Shown here one piece after another: positions 19,898 through 29,479 of a stretch of DNA of 64,000 nucleotides. Position 1 is the first letter of the stretch, and each line of letters begins with the position of its first letter. The translations under genes and the position numbers were made by a program. The notes beneath the pieces were generated by a model. It saw only the letters and a program-made list of their open reading frames with translations, was not told where the DNA came from and did no database searches. The stretch comes from Thermodesulfobacteriota bacterium (lineage in GTDB: Bacteria > Desulfobacterota > Desulfobacteria > Desulfobacterales > SURF-7), in NCBI GenBank assembly GCA_049320885.1, contig JBMORA010000009.1:1-64000 (forward strand), read 5' to 3'.

Positions 19898-22111
19898 GTG
19901 TATGCCATGAGAAGAACCATCGCAGGTGATTTGATTATCGGTCTGGTAGTCGTTGTAGGACTGACCTCCCTTTTTGTAGCCTCTTTCAATTATTTCGTGG
20001 CTGCCAAAAAGGCGGAGGCGACCTTTCGGCAAAAGGCGGACGAGTATCTGCGCTATCTCCAGGAAAGCATCACCATCCCCCTATGGACATTGGATTTGGA
20101 GAATGTCCGGAAAATCTGTGACGCCCTGTACAAAAGTGAGTCCATCCACGGCATCCGGGTTCTCAACTATTCGAATGAAGTGCTCTTTGACAAAAACAAA
20201 GGCCATGATCCTCACACCATCCGGCGGGACGGGCGGATTTTCAGGGAAGGAATGCACCTGGGAACCATCCGGATGACCCTGACCATGAAACCGGTTCACC
20301 AGAGCAACATGGCGACATTGAGGTCCAATTTGCTGACCATGCTGGCAGCCCTGGTGATGATGATCGGCGCGGCCCGCTATCTGATGGGTTCTTTTTTAAA
20401 ACGCCCCCTGGCCGATCTGATCCGGCGGATCGACCGCATTGCGGAAGGCGAATACGGGGAAGCCGATTATTCACCCAAACAACGGGAGATCGCCGCCATC
20501 ACGGAGACCGTCAACCGCATGGCCGGAAAAATCAAGGATCGGGAGGAGCGGCTCTCCCTCGAAATGAAAGACCGCGTGAAGGCTCACGAGGCCCTTCTCG
20601 AAAGCGAGGAGAAATACAGGGCCCTGTTTGAAACTTCCCTGGACGCCATTGCCATCACCCGCGAAAGCGGTGAATTCATTGACGTGAACCAGTCGTTCGT
20701 GAAACTGTTCGGCTATGACAAGGAGGAACTGATCCGGGTCGGTGTCGAAAACTTGTGGATCCATCGGTCGGCGCGCAGCGCCTGGCTGAAGGTCATGACC
20801 CGGGAAGGCGCGGTCATGGACTACGCCATCAGGGGCCGCAGAAAGGACGGCCGGGAATTGGACTGCATCCTCACATCCACCGCCCGCCGGGTGAAAACCG
20901 GTGAAATCCATTTCCAAACCATCTGCCGGGATATCACCCTGCGCAAGCAGACGGAAGACGAACTCCGGCGTCTGCGCACATTTTTAAGCAATATCATCGA
21001 TTCCATGCCGTCGGTGCTCATTGGGGTGAATCGCAACCGGCAGGTCACCCATTGGAACGCCGAGGCGGAGAAAAAAACCGGGGTTCCCGAAGAAGTGGCC
21101 ATCGGCCGCCTGCTGGTCGACGTGTATCCTCAAATGCAAAGTGAGATGGAGAACGTGGGCCGGGCGATTCAGGAGTGTGCCATTCAGGCGAAGGCGAAAA
21201 TCCGATCATTTGCGGAAGACGGTGAAGAACGGTTTTCGGATATCACCGTATATCCATTGGTCGCGGACGGCGTGGAAGGGGCCGTGATCCGCATCGACGA
21301 CGTGACGGATCGGGTGCGGATCGAGGAAAGAATGATTCAGTCTGAAAAAATGGCATCCGTGGGTGGCCTGGCGGCCGGGATGGCCCATGAAATCAACAAT
21401 CCATTGGCCGGAATTCTGCAAAGCGCGGCGGTGATCGAGCGGTACATGAGCCCCGGGAATGCGGGCAGCCAAAAAGCGGCGAATGAATCCGGCGCCACCT
21501 TCGACGCGGTGATGAAATTCATGGAGCGGCGCGGAGTCTCCAGGATGCTCAATAACATTCGGGATTCTGCCGAGCGGGCGGCGCGGATCGTGGAGAACAT
21601 GCTGTCCTTCAGCCGGAAATCGGGACCGTATCGGGGTGAGCACGATCTTGCCGACCTTCTGGACAAAACCATCGCGTTGGCTGAAAATGATTATGACCTG
21701 AAGAAACATTTTGATTTCCGAAACATCCGGATTATCCGGGAATATGCTTCCGGGCTGCCCCGCATCCGTTGTGAGGGAAGCAAGCTGCAGCAGGTTTTTT
21801 TGAATATTCTGAAGAACGGGGCCCAGGCCATGGCCGAAAACAGGGCCGGCGAGGCCTGCTTTGTTCTGCGCATCCTGCCGGATGACGACATGATCCGGAT
21901 CGAAATCGAGGATAACGGGCCGGGGATGGCGGAACAAGTAAGGAGGCGCGTGTTCGAACCGTTTTTCACCACCAAGGGGGTGCAGCGCGGAACCGGCCTG
22001 GGGTTGTCCATCTCCTACTTCATCATTACGGAGCAGCACGGCGGCTCCATTGCGGTGGAATCATCGCCCGGCCAGGGCGCCAGGTTCATCATCCGGCTGC
22101 CGGTTGCCTAG
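19898..22111 (+). CDS. Sensor histidine kinase (TM, HAMP, 2 PAS, HisKA, HATPase)
   Basis: AGMAHEINNPL H-box, QVFLNILKNG N-box, DNGPGM, FEPFFTTK, GTGLGL. Confidence 0.95.
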   Translation: MYAMRRTIAGDLIIGLVVVVGLTSLFVASFNYFVAAKKAEATFRQKADEYLRYLQESITIPLWTLDLENVRKICDALYKSESIHGIRVLNYSNEVLFDKNKGHDPHTIRRDGRIFREGMHLGTIRMTLTMKPVHQSNMATLRSNLLTMLAALVMMIGAARYLMGSFLKRPLADLIRRIDRIAEGEYGEADYSPKQREIAAITETVNRMAGKIKDREERLSLEMKDRVKAHEALLESEEKYRALFETSLDAIAITRESGEFIDVNQSFVKLFGYDKEELIRVGVENLWIHRSARSAWLKVMTREGAVMDYAIRGRRKDGRELDCILTSTARRVKTGEIHFQTICRDITLRKQTEDELRRLRTFLSNIIDSMPSVLIGVNRNRQVTHWNAEAEKKTGVPEEVAIGRLLVDVYPQMQSEMENVGRAIQECAIQAKAKIRSFAEDGEERFSDITVYPLVADGVEGAVIRIDDVTDRVRIEERMIQSEKMASVGGLAAGMAHEINNPLAGILQSAAVIERYMSPGNAGSQKAANESGATFDAVMKFMERRGVSRMLNNIRDSAERAARIVENMLSFSRKSGPYRGEHDLADLLDKTIALAENDYDLKKHFDFRNIRIIREYASGLPRIRCEGSKLQQVFLNILKNGAQAMAENRAGEACFVLRILPDDDMIRIEIEDNGPGMAEQVRRRVFEPFFTTKGVQRGTGLGLSISYFIITEQHGGSIAVESSPGQGARFIIRLPVA

Positions 22112-22113
22112 AC

Positions 22114-22521
22114 GTGACGGAGGCCTTCATGAGCAGCGCGATCTTGATTTTGGACGACGACACGTCGATTCGGGAAAGTATGGCCGCGTATCTCGAGGAT
22201 GAAGGCTTTCACGCCATGGTCGTGGAAAGCGGTGAAGAGGCGGTTTCCCTGCTGGATTTGAAACGCGTGGACGCGGCGATCGTCGACCTGCGGCTGCCGG
22301 GGATGAACGGCGAGGCCTTCATCCGGTCCGTCTACGACCGTTTCCCCAACATGGTGTTCGTGATTTACACCGGCTCGCCAGAGTACCGGCCGACGGCAGA
22401 CATCGTCCGGCTGCCGCGGGTTGCGGACACCGTATTCCTGAAACCCATCGAGGATTTGGGCTTGCTGGTGGCCGAGCTCCGCCGGCTCATCGCTGAAAGA
22501 GGCGATGAAGTGATCTGTTGA
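22114..22521 (+). CDS. Single-domain response regulator
   Basis: ILILDDD, VDLRLPGMNG, YTG, LKP. Confidence 0.92.
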   Translation: MTEAFMSSAILILDDDTSIRESMAAYLEDEGFHAMVVESGEEAVSLLDLKRVDAAIVDLRLPGMNGEAFIRSVYDRFPNMVFVIYTGSPEYRPTADIVRLPRVADTVFLKPIEDLGLLVAELRRLIAERGDEVIC

Positions 22522-22598
22522 TCTGGATGAGTTCCGGTGATAATCAGGAAAACAGGTTTTCCGGATCAGCAACTCTTTCATTTCAGGCAGGGGGAGAT

Positions 22599-23726
22599 AT
22601 GATGATATCCAGACCGATCCTCGCGGTGTTGGTTTCCACCATGGTTTGGGGGTGCGCCGCATCCCATCTGGAAGACCGGAGCCAGACTCCGGTCATGGAT
22701 GCGGGACAGGCGGAATTGGTGGCCGATCTGCCCAAGCCTCCCGGCAACATCGCCGTGTCCTACGATCATCGGATTTTTTTCAGCTTTCATCCCGAGGCGG
22801 ACCCGGAGATCCGGGTGGCGGAGCTGGTAAAGGGCCGGCCCGTGGCGTTTCCGGACAGCGGATTTCAACAGAAACGCCCGGACCAGCCTTTTTTCGATAC
22901 GGTTCTGTCCCTCCGGGTGGATGCGCGGAACCGGCTGTGGACCCTGGACCACGGCGATTTCGGCCGGGGCCGGCCGCGCCTGCTGGCCTTTGATATCCAG
23001 ACGGGTGAATTGGTGCATCAGTTTGATTTTCCGTCCGCGGTGGCCGGCTTCGGATCGTTTTTGAACGATTTCCAGATCACGGCGGACGGCGATACGATCT
23101 TCATCGCCGACACCGGCGCGCCGGTGCCGGTGATCGGCGGGGACCCGGCCATCATCGTGTATGACGTGGCCGGCAAAACAGCCCGGCGGGTGCTGGAGGA
23201 TCATGCCTCGGTAAGGGCAGCCGATCATGTGGTCCGGGTGGGGGAGGAAGATCTGTCCCTGCTGGGTATGCCGATCCGCATCGCGGTGGATTCCATCGCG
23301 CTGGACCGCGAGGGCAAATGGCTGTATTACGGCGCGGTGAACGGTGAAACGTTGTATCGCGTCGCGACGGAACACCTGATGAATCCGTCCCTCAGCGGGG
23401 AAGAACTGGGCGCCCTGGTGGAAGCCTATGCGCCGAAAACCATGAGCGACGGACTGACCAGCGACCTTGGGGGGAATATCTATCTGTCCGACATGGAGCA
23501 TTCCGCGGTCCACATCATCAATTCCGACCGGCAGTTGCTGACGCTGCTGAAAGATCCGCGTTTCCGCTGGCCGGACGGGTTCGGTTTCGGTCCGGACGGC
23601 TGGCTGTACTTCACCTGCAGCGATCTGATGAACGTGATCGGAAAAAGCGACGCGCATATCGCGGCGAATGCTCCGTATCAGATTTTTCGGTTCAAACCGG
23701 GTGTTGCGGGTATTCCCGGGCATTGA
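22599..23726 (+). CDS. Major royal jelly/yellow-family (L-dopachrome tautomerase-related) beta-propeller lipoprotein
   Basis: Lipobox-like VWGC; PGNIAVS, D.RNRLWTLDHG, SFLND, SDGL, RWPDG motifs. Confidence 0.8.
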   Translation: MMISRPILAVLVSTMVWGCAASHLEDRSQTPVMDAGQAELVADLPKPPGNIAVSYDHRIFFSFHPEADPEIRVAELVKGRPVAFPDSGFQQKRPDQPFFDTVLSLRVDARNRLWTLDHGDFGRGRPRLLAFDIQTGELVHQFDFPSAVAGFGSFLNDFQITADGDTIFIADTGAPVPVIGGDPAIIVYDVAGKTARRVLEDHASVRAADHVVRVGEEDLSLLGMPIRIAVDSIALDREGKWLYYGAVNGETLYRVATEHLMNPSLSGEELGALVEAYAPKTMSDGLTSDLGGNIYLSDMEHSAVHIINSDRQLLTLLKDPRFRWPDGFGFGPDGWLYFTCSDLMNVIGKSDAHIAANAPYQIFRFKPGVAGIPGH

Positions 23727-23768
23727 GCGACTGTTTTCGGAATAGAAACAAACATACAGGAGGGTGAC

Positions 23769-24983
23769 ATGAATATCTGGGAAGTGAAGAAAAAGCTCTA
23801 TCGGGTGCAGCATCGGGTGATGAAGGTCGCCGCCGGGGTGATCCCCTTTCCGATTCCGGTGCTTTTGACCGGCCCCGGCAGTGTCGCGAAGCTGGCGGAA
23901 AATATCAAAATCAGGGGACTGAAACATGTCCTGGTGGTCACCGACAAGGTGCTGATGAAGATGCAGCTTCTGGACGGACTACTGAACTCCCTGAAGGAGA
24001 ATGACATCCGGTATACGGTGTACGATGAAGTGCAGCCCAACCCCACCATCGAAAACGTGGAAAACGGCAGGGATGCCTTCCGGGAAGCCAAATGCGACAG
24101 CATCATCGGCTTCGGCGGGGGTTCGTCGCTGGACTGCGCCAAGATCATCGGCGCCCGGGTGGCGAATCCCTATCTTTCCGTGCGCCGGATGAAGGGGTAT
24201 TTCCGGGTGCTGCTGCCCATACCTCCTTTCTTCTGCGTGCCCACCACCGCCGGGACCGGATCGGAGACCACCGTGGCGGCGGTGATCACCGATGCGTCGA
24301 CCCATGAAAAATTCGCCATCAACGATCTGAAACTGATCCCCAAAATCGCGGTCCTGGATCCGGAATTGATGGTGGGGCTGCCGCCGCACATCACCGCCGC
24401 CACGGGCATGGACGCCCTTACCCATGCCGTTGAAGCCTATATCGGCTTGAACGGCAACCGGTTCACGGATGAGAATGCGGAAAAAGCCACCCGGCTGATT
24501 TTCGACAACCTGGAAAAAGTCTACAAGAACGGCGCGGATCTGGAGGCCCGCACCAATATGGCCCTGGCCTCTTTTTACGCCGGCGCGGCCTTCACCCGGG
24601 CCTATGTGGGGTATGTGCATGCCATTGCCCATAACATGGGGGGGCTGTACGGCGTACCCCACGGCCTGGCCAATGCCATTATCCTGCCGCATATCCTGGA
24701 GTTCTGCCGCGAGGATGCGGAGGAGAAACTGGCGGCACTGGCCATTGCCGGCGGAATCGGCGATGAGGGCGAATCCGCGGAGGATCTGTCTTTCAAGTTC
24801 ATCGACAAGGTCAAATCCATGAACAAAAAAATGAAAATTCCGAGCACCATCAAGGAACTTCAGGAGGAGGATATCCCGCTGATCGCCGAGCGCGCCCTGG
24901 ACGAGGCCCATCCGGATTATCCGGTGCCGACCATCATGACCCGCGAGGAATGCGAGGACCTGATCCACAAACTGTTGCCGTGA
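23769..24983 (+). CDS. Iron-containing alcohol dehydrogenase
   Basis: GGGSSLD, PTTAGTGSE, GMDALTHAVEAY, HAIAH, PHGLANA. Confidence 0.95.
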   Translation: MNIWEVKKKLYRVQHRVMKVAAGVIPFPIPVLLTGPGSVAKLAENIKIRGLKHVLVVTDKVLMKMQLLDGLLNSLKENDIRYTVYDEVQPNPTIENVENGRDAFREAKCDSIIGFGGGSSLDCAKIIGARVANPYLSVRRMKGYFRVLLPIPPFFCVPTTAGTGSETTVAAVITDASTHEKFAINDLKLIPKIAVLDPELMVGLPPHITAATGMDALTHAVEAYIGLNGNRFTDENAEKATRLIFDNLEKVYKNGADLEARTNMALASFYAGAAFTRAYVGYVHAIAHNMGGLYGVPHGLANAIILPHILEFCREDAEEKLAALAIAGGIGDEGESAEDLSFKFIDKVKSMNKKMKIPSTIKELQEEDIPLIAERALDEAHPDYPVPTIMTREECEDLIHKLLP

Positions 24984-24994
24984 TAATAATCGGG

Positions 24995-26080
24995 CTATCC
25001 GGGTGCATGCCGGTCCAGGAACGCCTTGCTGTCCCGCCACAGGGAACGGGCCGCGGGTCGAAAAGGGAGGAAATGAAAGGCGTGGGGTTCGTCCGGATAG
25101 TAGCGCGCCTCCACGGTCGCCGGTGTGGACGCCAGGGCGCGGACCAGGCGCTCGCTGTCGCTGCAGACCAGGTCCGCGGTCCCCACGGCGACGAAAATGG
25201 GTGGAAATGGCCGGTCCGGGATCGGTGATGCTTCGATGAGCACCAGGGGATCCGCCATGGCGTAATCGGGGATATGCCGTCGATACTGTCTGCCGAGATA
25301 GGCGGCCGCGACATCCCTGGCGATGCCGGTGGACAGCTTTCCCAGGATCCCTGATTTCCCCTGGGAAACCTGATGAAACCGTTCCGGATTGCTGACCTGC
25401 AGCAATCCGCAAAGGGTTTGAACCGCAGCCGGCTTGACCCCCGTATCCCAGACCCGTCTGGCATAGCCCTCCGGCCTCCTGAAGCAGGCGGCCACGGTTA
25501 CCGCCATCACTAGATTGCCGCCGGCCGATTCACCGGCCAGGGTCAATCGATGAATATCCCCGCCATAAGAGGCTGCCCGGGTTACGACCCAGCAAAAGGC
25601 GTTGCAGGCGTCTTCGACGGCCGCCGGGAAGGGGTGTTTCGGCGCCAGGCGGTAGTTGATGTTGAAAACCAGATATCCCATGCGGGCATACAGAAAGCCG
25701 CAGGCCCGGTGGGTCTCCTTTGATCCGAGGGTGAAGCCGCCGCCGTGGATGTAGATTAGAATCGGGAAAGGGCCGGGGCGGTTCCTGGGCCGGTAGACAT
25801 CGAGTGTATGGGCGGCAAGGCCGTCGGAGCGATACGGCAGATCCGTAAGACGCTCCGTTTCCCTTTTTGCCTTGGAAATGACCGGATTGAAATCCGCGAG
25901 TCCGGCGAGCTGCCGAAACATGGTCTCAAAAGCCATGCGCCGGGTCTTTCGGGCGAAATGGTTGGGGGGCGGTAACGGGAGCATGGCATCCTTCCTGGGA
26001 TTTCCTGGAATATAATCGGTTTCCTTTTCGGATTCAAGCGGATCATTTTTGAAGATTCGGTGGAAGGGTGGAAGAGACAT
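24995..26080 (-). CDS. HSL-family esterase/lipase
   Basis: IHGGGF, YRLAP, GESAGG, D and HAF catalytic positions; true start may be a downstream ATG. Confidence 0.9.
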   Translation of the reverse strand: MSLPPFHRIFKNDPLESEKETDYIPGNPRKDAMLPLPPPNHFARKTRRMAFETMFRQLAGLADFNPVISKAKRETERLTDLPYRSDGLAAHTLDVYRPRNRPGPFPILIYIHGGGFTLGSKETHRACGFLYARMGYLVFNINYRLAPKHPFPAAVEDACNAFCWVVTRAASYGGDIHRLTLAGESAGGNLVMAVTVAACFRRPEGYARRVWDTGVKPAAVQTLCGLLQVSNPERFHQVSQGKSGILGKLSTGIARDVAAAYLGRQYRRHIPDYAMADPLVLIEASPIPDRPFPPIFVAVGTADLVCSDSERLVRALASTPATVEARYYPDEPHAFHFLPFRPAARSLWRDSKAFLDRHAPG

Positions 26081-26212
26081 CTTGCTTGATGGTGCGATTG
26101 CCGGTATAAGGAGACGGCTCCGGGGAAACGGCGGCCCTGCCAGCCAGGATCGGGAAACCCGGGCTTGGGGACCAGGTCTGCTGCCCGGGAACCAAGGAGT
26201 GAAAAGGATCGT

Positions 26213-27802
26213 ATGCCGGTGTGGGATTTGGATACAGAACGGATCCGGGAGGAAACCGCCCTGTTGGAGAAGCGCGGCGATTTTGCCGCCGCCTACATGG
26301 CGGTGGCCAATCTCCAGTATATTATCCGCAAGCGACCGGAAACCGTCACCCCGACCACCATCCGGGCGCTTCTATGCGTGTTGGAAGGCGCCGAACACGC
26401 GGCGCAGCGTCAGGTGTTCTTTTTATACCGCAAGGCGGCCAATGCCTTGAGCGCCATCATGGAAACCGCGGTCTGCAGCGAACGGCTGAACGCCGCCAGG
26501 CAGGCGCTGTGCCAGATCCTGGCCACAAAGAAAGGCCACGCCTATCGGGCCGCGGCGGAGGCCCTGGGTTCCATTCCGCTGGATATCCGCGGTCCGGATT
26601 TCCCGAAGGAAACGCCCGGCTCTTTGATGCAACTGACCTGGGGGGAATTGCTGGACCGGGCGGGGTTCGCCGCGGAAGGCACGCCGTGGTGGAAAGGACG
26701 CAATCTGGTGGCGTCTTCCGCCGGCGGCCCCAGGCTGCTGGTGGTGAAAATCTCCCGCAGTCCCGGCATGACGGATATGCTCGACGCCGAGGGCGGATGG
26801 ATGGCCTTCCTCCAGGCGCGCTTGTATTCACCGCCGGGATGCCACATCCCCCAACCGATCGCCCTGGACGGCCGGTATGCCTTCCGGATGAGCCGTCTGC
26901 CGGTACCTCCGCCTCCGGAACTGCTCACGGATCAGGGCCATTACGGGATGGCCTTCATCACCCATCCCGACTATTTCCACTATCCAAACGAAAAAAACGG
27001 CGACACCTTCCTTTCACGGGAACTGTTTCTCGATACCATGGGAAAAAGCGCCTGGCTGCTCGGACATCTTGCCGCTTCGGGCATCATTCATACCGCCCCC
27101 ATCCCCCTGTTCCATAACCGGGTGCAGCGCGAGCGCCGGACGGACAGGGGATTGTATGAGTGGCCCAGGGGCGGACGCCTGGACCAATGGCTGCTTTCCT
27201 GCCGTTACCCCAATATCGGCAAGACCGGTCTCCGGGATTTCGAACATTTCATTTCTTTTTCCGGTTCGCCCCGCAAGTTGTATGAACATATCGGCACCCA
27301 TGTGTTCAGCCTGCTCCTGGTTGCCGGCAGCTATTTCCGGAATCTGGATCCGGACCGGACGGGCCGCGATGAACGGGGGAATCCCGTCGACGCCCGGGAT
27401 TTGTTCGATCCGGATATGCTGGCCGAGGCAGTCAGGAGAATATTCAAGAAGTATTACCATGGATTTACCGGGATGGAATTCCGGGGAGACCTGCCCATGG
27501 ATCTTGGGCGCTTCACCAGCCGCCTGATTGAAGAAATGGGAGTAGACCGGCATATGGAAGAAATATTGCGAGTGGCGGAACAGGCCGCCATGAGCCCGGC
27601 GGAATTTTCGGATTTTATGGCCGCCCGGGGATTCAGCCCCGAAGAGATCGCCCGGCTGGAAAAAGGCCGACGGGACATCATCATCCTCACCGGCCCGCAT
27701 CTGGGCGGGTTCAACCAACAGATTTCTCTTCCCGAACTCAATGAATTCACCGCCGCAACCGCGGCCCTTTGCATCGCTGACCGCTTTTGCCGCCCTCAAT
27801 AA
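26213..27802 (+). CDS. SidJ-related pseudokinase
   Basis: GRNLV, LVVK, LFHNR..R..D.G.Y, GRLDQW, YPN, GLRDFEH series matches the SidJ-family active-site layout. Confidence 0.8.
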   Translation: MPVWDLDTERIREETALLEKRGDFAAAYMAVANLQYIIRKRPETVTPTTIRALLCVLEGAEHAAQRQVFFLYRKAANALSAIMETAVCSERLNAARQALCQILATKKGHAYRAAAEALGSIPLDIRGPDFPKETPGSLMQLTWGELLDRAGFAAEGTPWWKGRNLVASSAGGPRLLVVKISRSPGMTDMLDAEGGWMAFLQARLYSPPGCHIPQPIALDGRYAFRMSRLPVPPPPELLTDQGHYGMAFITHPDYFHYPNEKNGDTFLSRELFLDTMGKSAWLLGHLAASGIIHTAPIPLFHNRVQRERRTDRGLYEWPRGGRLDQWLLSCRYPNIGKTGLRDFEHFISFSGSPRKLYEHIGTHVFSLLLVAGSYFRNLDPDRTGRDERGNPVDARDLFDPDMLAEAVRRIFKKYYHGFTGMEFRGDLPMDLGRFTSRLIEEMGVDRHMEEILRVAEQAAMSPAEFSDFMAARGFSPEEIARLEKGRRDIIILTGPHLGGFNQQISLPELNEFTAATAALCIADRFCRPQ

Positions 27803-27906
27803 CCGAAGGGCAAATTTGGTAACCGCGCGTGACATCCTCGTAACCGGACCGGCCGTTCGGGAATCCCCCGCATCGAGACGGCTTGCCGGACTAGTATTTA
27901 GAAACA

Positions 27907-27922
27907 TGGCATAAGAATTGCT
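27907..27922 (+). promoter_or_regulatory. Sigma54 (-24/-12) promoter of the exported-protein cluster
   Basis: TGGCAT-AAGAA-TTGCT, with GG and GC exactly 12 nt apart. Confidence 0.8.
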
Positions 27923-28087
27923 CCACTTCGTATGTCAATCATCCGGAAACCAGTTGCGCCGTTACGTAATGGGAATATGAAAAACGGAATGTAATCTAAA
28001 AGAAACGTCGGATGTATCCAAAATCATGCATGTCGGCGACGGGAACCGGAGGCAGAACTCTTCGAAAAAGGAAAGGAATGCGTCCCG

Positions 28088-29479
28088 ATGAAACCAGGAT
28101 TCTCCGGCTGCCTGTTTGCCAGTCGGCAGCTGTTGGCGACGGGTATGATGGCGGCGGCGATGTGGCTGGCTTCGACCACTGCCGGATGGGCGGATAATCC
28201 CTCCAGCCTGCCGCTCATCACCATGGATGACTTTCAGTTCGAGGGGGCTTTCCGGCTGCCGGACGATACCTTCGGCGATTCGAACATGAATTACTCCCAG
28301 GGGCCGCTGGCATACAATCCGGTCAATCATTCCATTTTCATTGTCGGCCATGCCCATCATCAGGCGATTGCCGAATTTGCGGTTCCGGAACTGGTTCATT
28401 CCGGAAATATCGCGGATTTGAAGATGGCTTCGCCGCCGGTGCAGAACTTCGTCAGCGTGCTGGACCGTGTATCCGGCGGCAATCCCCAGAACCTGGATCG
28501 CATCGGCGGATTGGCCTGGATCATGGGGCCAAACGGACCCGAGCTGCTGGTCAATGCCTATGAGTACTACGACGCTCCCGGGGATAACAGCCAGACCACA
28601 CTGGTGATTCGCGATCCGGCGAATCTGTCCGTTTCGGCTGTGGACGGATACTTCACTTTCAGCGGCGGCGCCGGTCATACGTCCGGATGGATTTCCCCTG
28701 TTCCGGCAGCCTGGCAGCCGGTCCTGGGTGGAACCGGGATCACCGGCCAGTCCAGCGGACTGCCCATCATCAGCCGGCTGTCCGTCGGTCCGTCCGCCTT
28801 TGTTTTTGATCCGCTTTCCATTGTCGGGCAGGCGACGGTTGTCGATCCCGTGCCGACCGTCAAACTGCTGGATTTTCCCCTGTCCGATCCCCTGCATGCC
28901 GACCTGTCCAACACGTCGCTGACCAATGACCTGTGGACCCATCTGTCCCGGGCGGTCTATGGCTTCATCCTGCCAGGAACCCGCACCTATGTCACCATCG
29001 GGCACTCCGGCGGTCATGCCAGCGGTGTCTGCTATAAATGCACCCAGTCAAACGGAAATCTCTGCGGCGGATATTGCGCGCCGGATCCGGAGGATTACTA
29101 CCATTTCTACTGGCTGTGGGATCTCAACGATTTGACCGAAGTAAAAGCCGGCCGTCTGGCGACCTGGGATGTGCGTCCGTACGACCATGGGATTTTTTCC
29201 ACCCCGTTTCCAACTCACCGTCTGGGGGGCGGCTCCTTTGATCCGGCTTCCGGACGGCTGTTCGTCAATATTCTGGAAGCCGATCGACTTCAGGGAACCT
29301 ATTCCAACCCACCGGTGGTGGCGGTGTATCGTTTTTCGACTGATCCGGAGGTGTCGTTGCAGGGTTTCGCGGCGGATTTCGGAAAAACGGACTGCGCAGC
29401 CTGCCCCGGCGACCTGGATATGGACAATGATGTGGACGGCAGGGATCTTTCGTTGCTGGCCGATGACAACCATTCATGA
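28088..29479 (+). CDS. Exported hypothetical protein with C-terminal dockerin-like Ca-binding tag
   Basis: Signal peptide; C-terminus FAADFGKTDCAACPGDLDMDNDVDGRDL. Confidence 0.8.
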   Translation: MKPGFSGCLFASRQLLATGMMAAAMWLASTTAGWADNPSSLPLITMDDFQFEGAFRLPDDTFGDSNMNYSQGPLAYNPVNHSIFIVGHAHHQAIAEFAVPELVHSGNIADLKMASPPVQNFVSVLDRVSGGNPQNLDRIGGLAWIMGPNGPELLVNAYEYYDAPGDNSQTTLVIRDPANLSVSAVDGYFTFSGGAGHTSGWISPVPAAWQPVLGGTGITGQSSGLPIISRLSVGPSAFVFDPLSIVGQATVVDPVPTVKLLDFPLSDPLHADLSNTSLTNDLWTHLSRAVYGFILPGTRTYVTIGHSGGHASGVCYKCTQSNGNLCGGYCAPDPEDYYHFYWLWDLNDLTEVKAGRLATWDVRPYDHGIFSTPFPTHRLGGGSFDPASGRLFVNILEADRLQGTYSNPPVVAVYRFSTDPEVSLQGFAADFGKTDCAACPGDLDMDNDVDGRDLSLLADDNHS

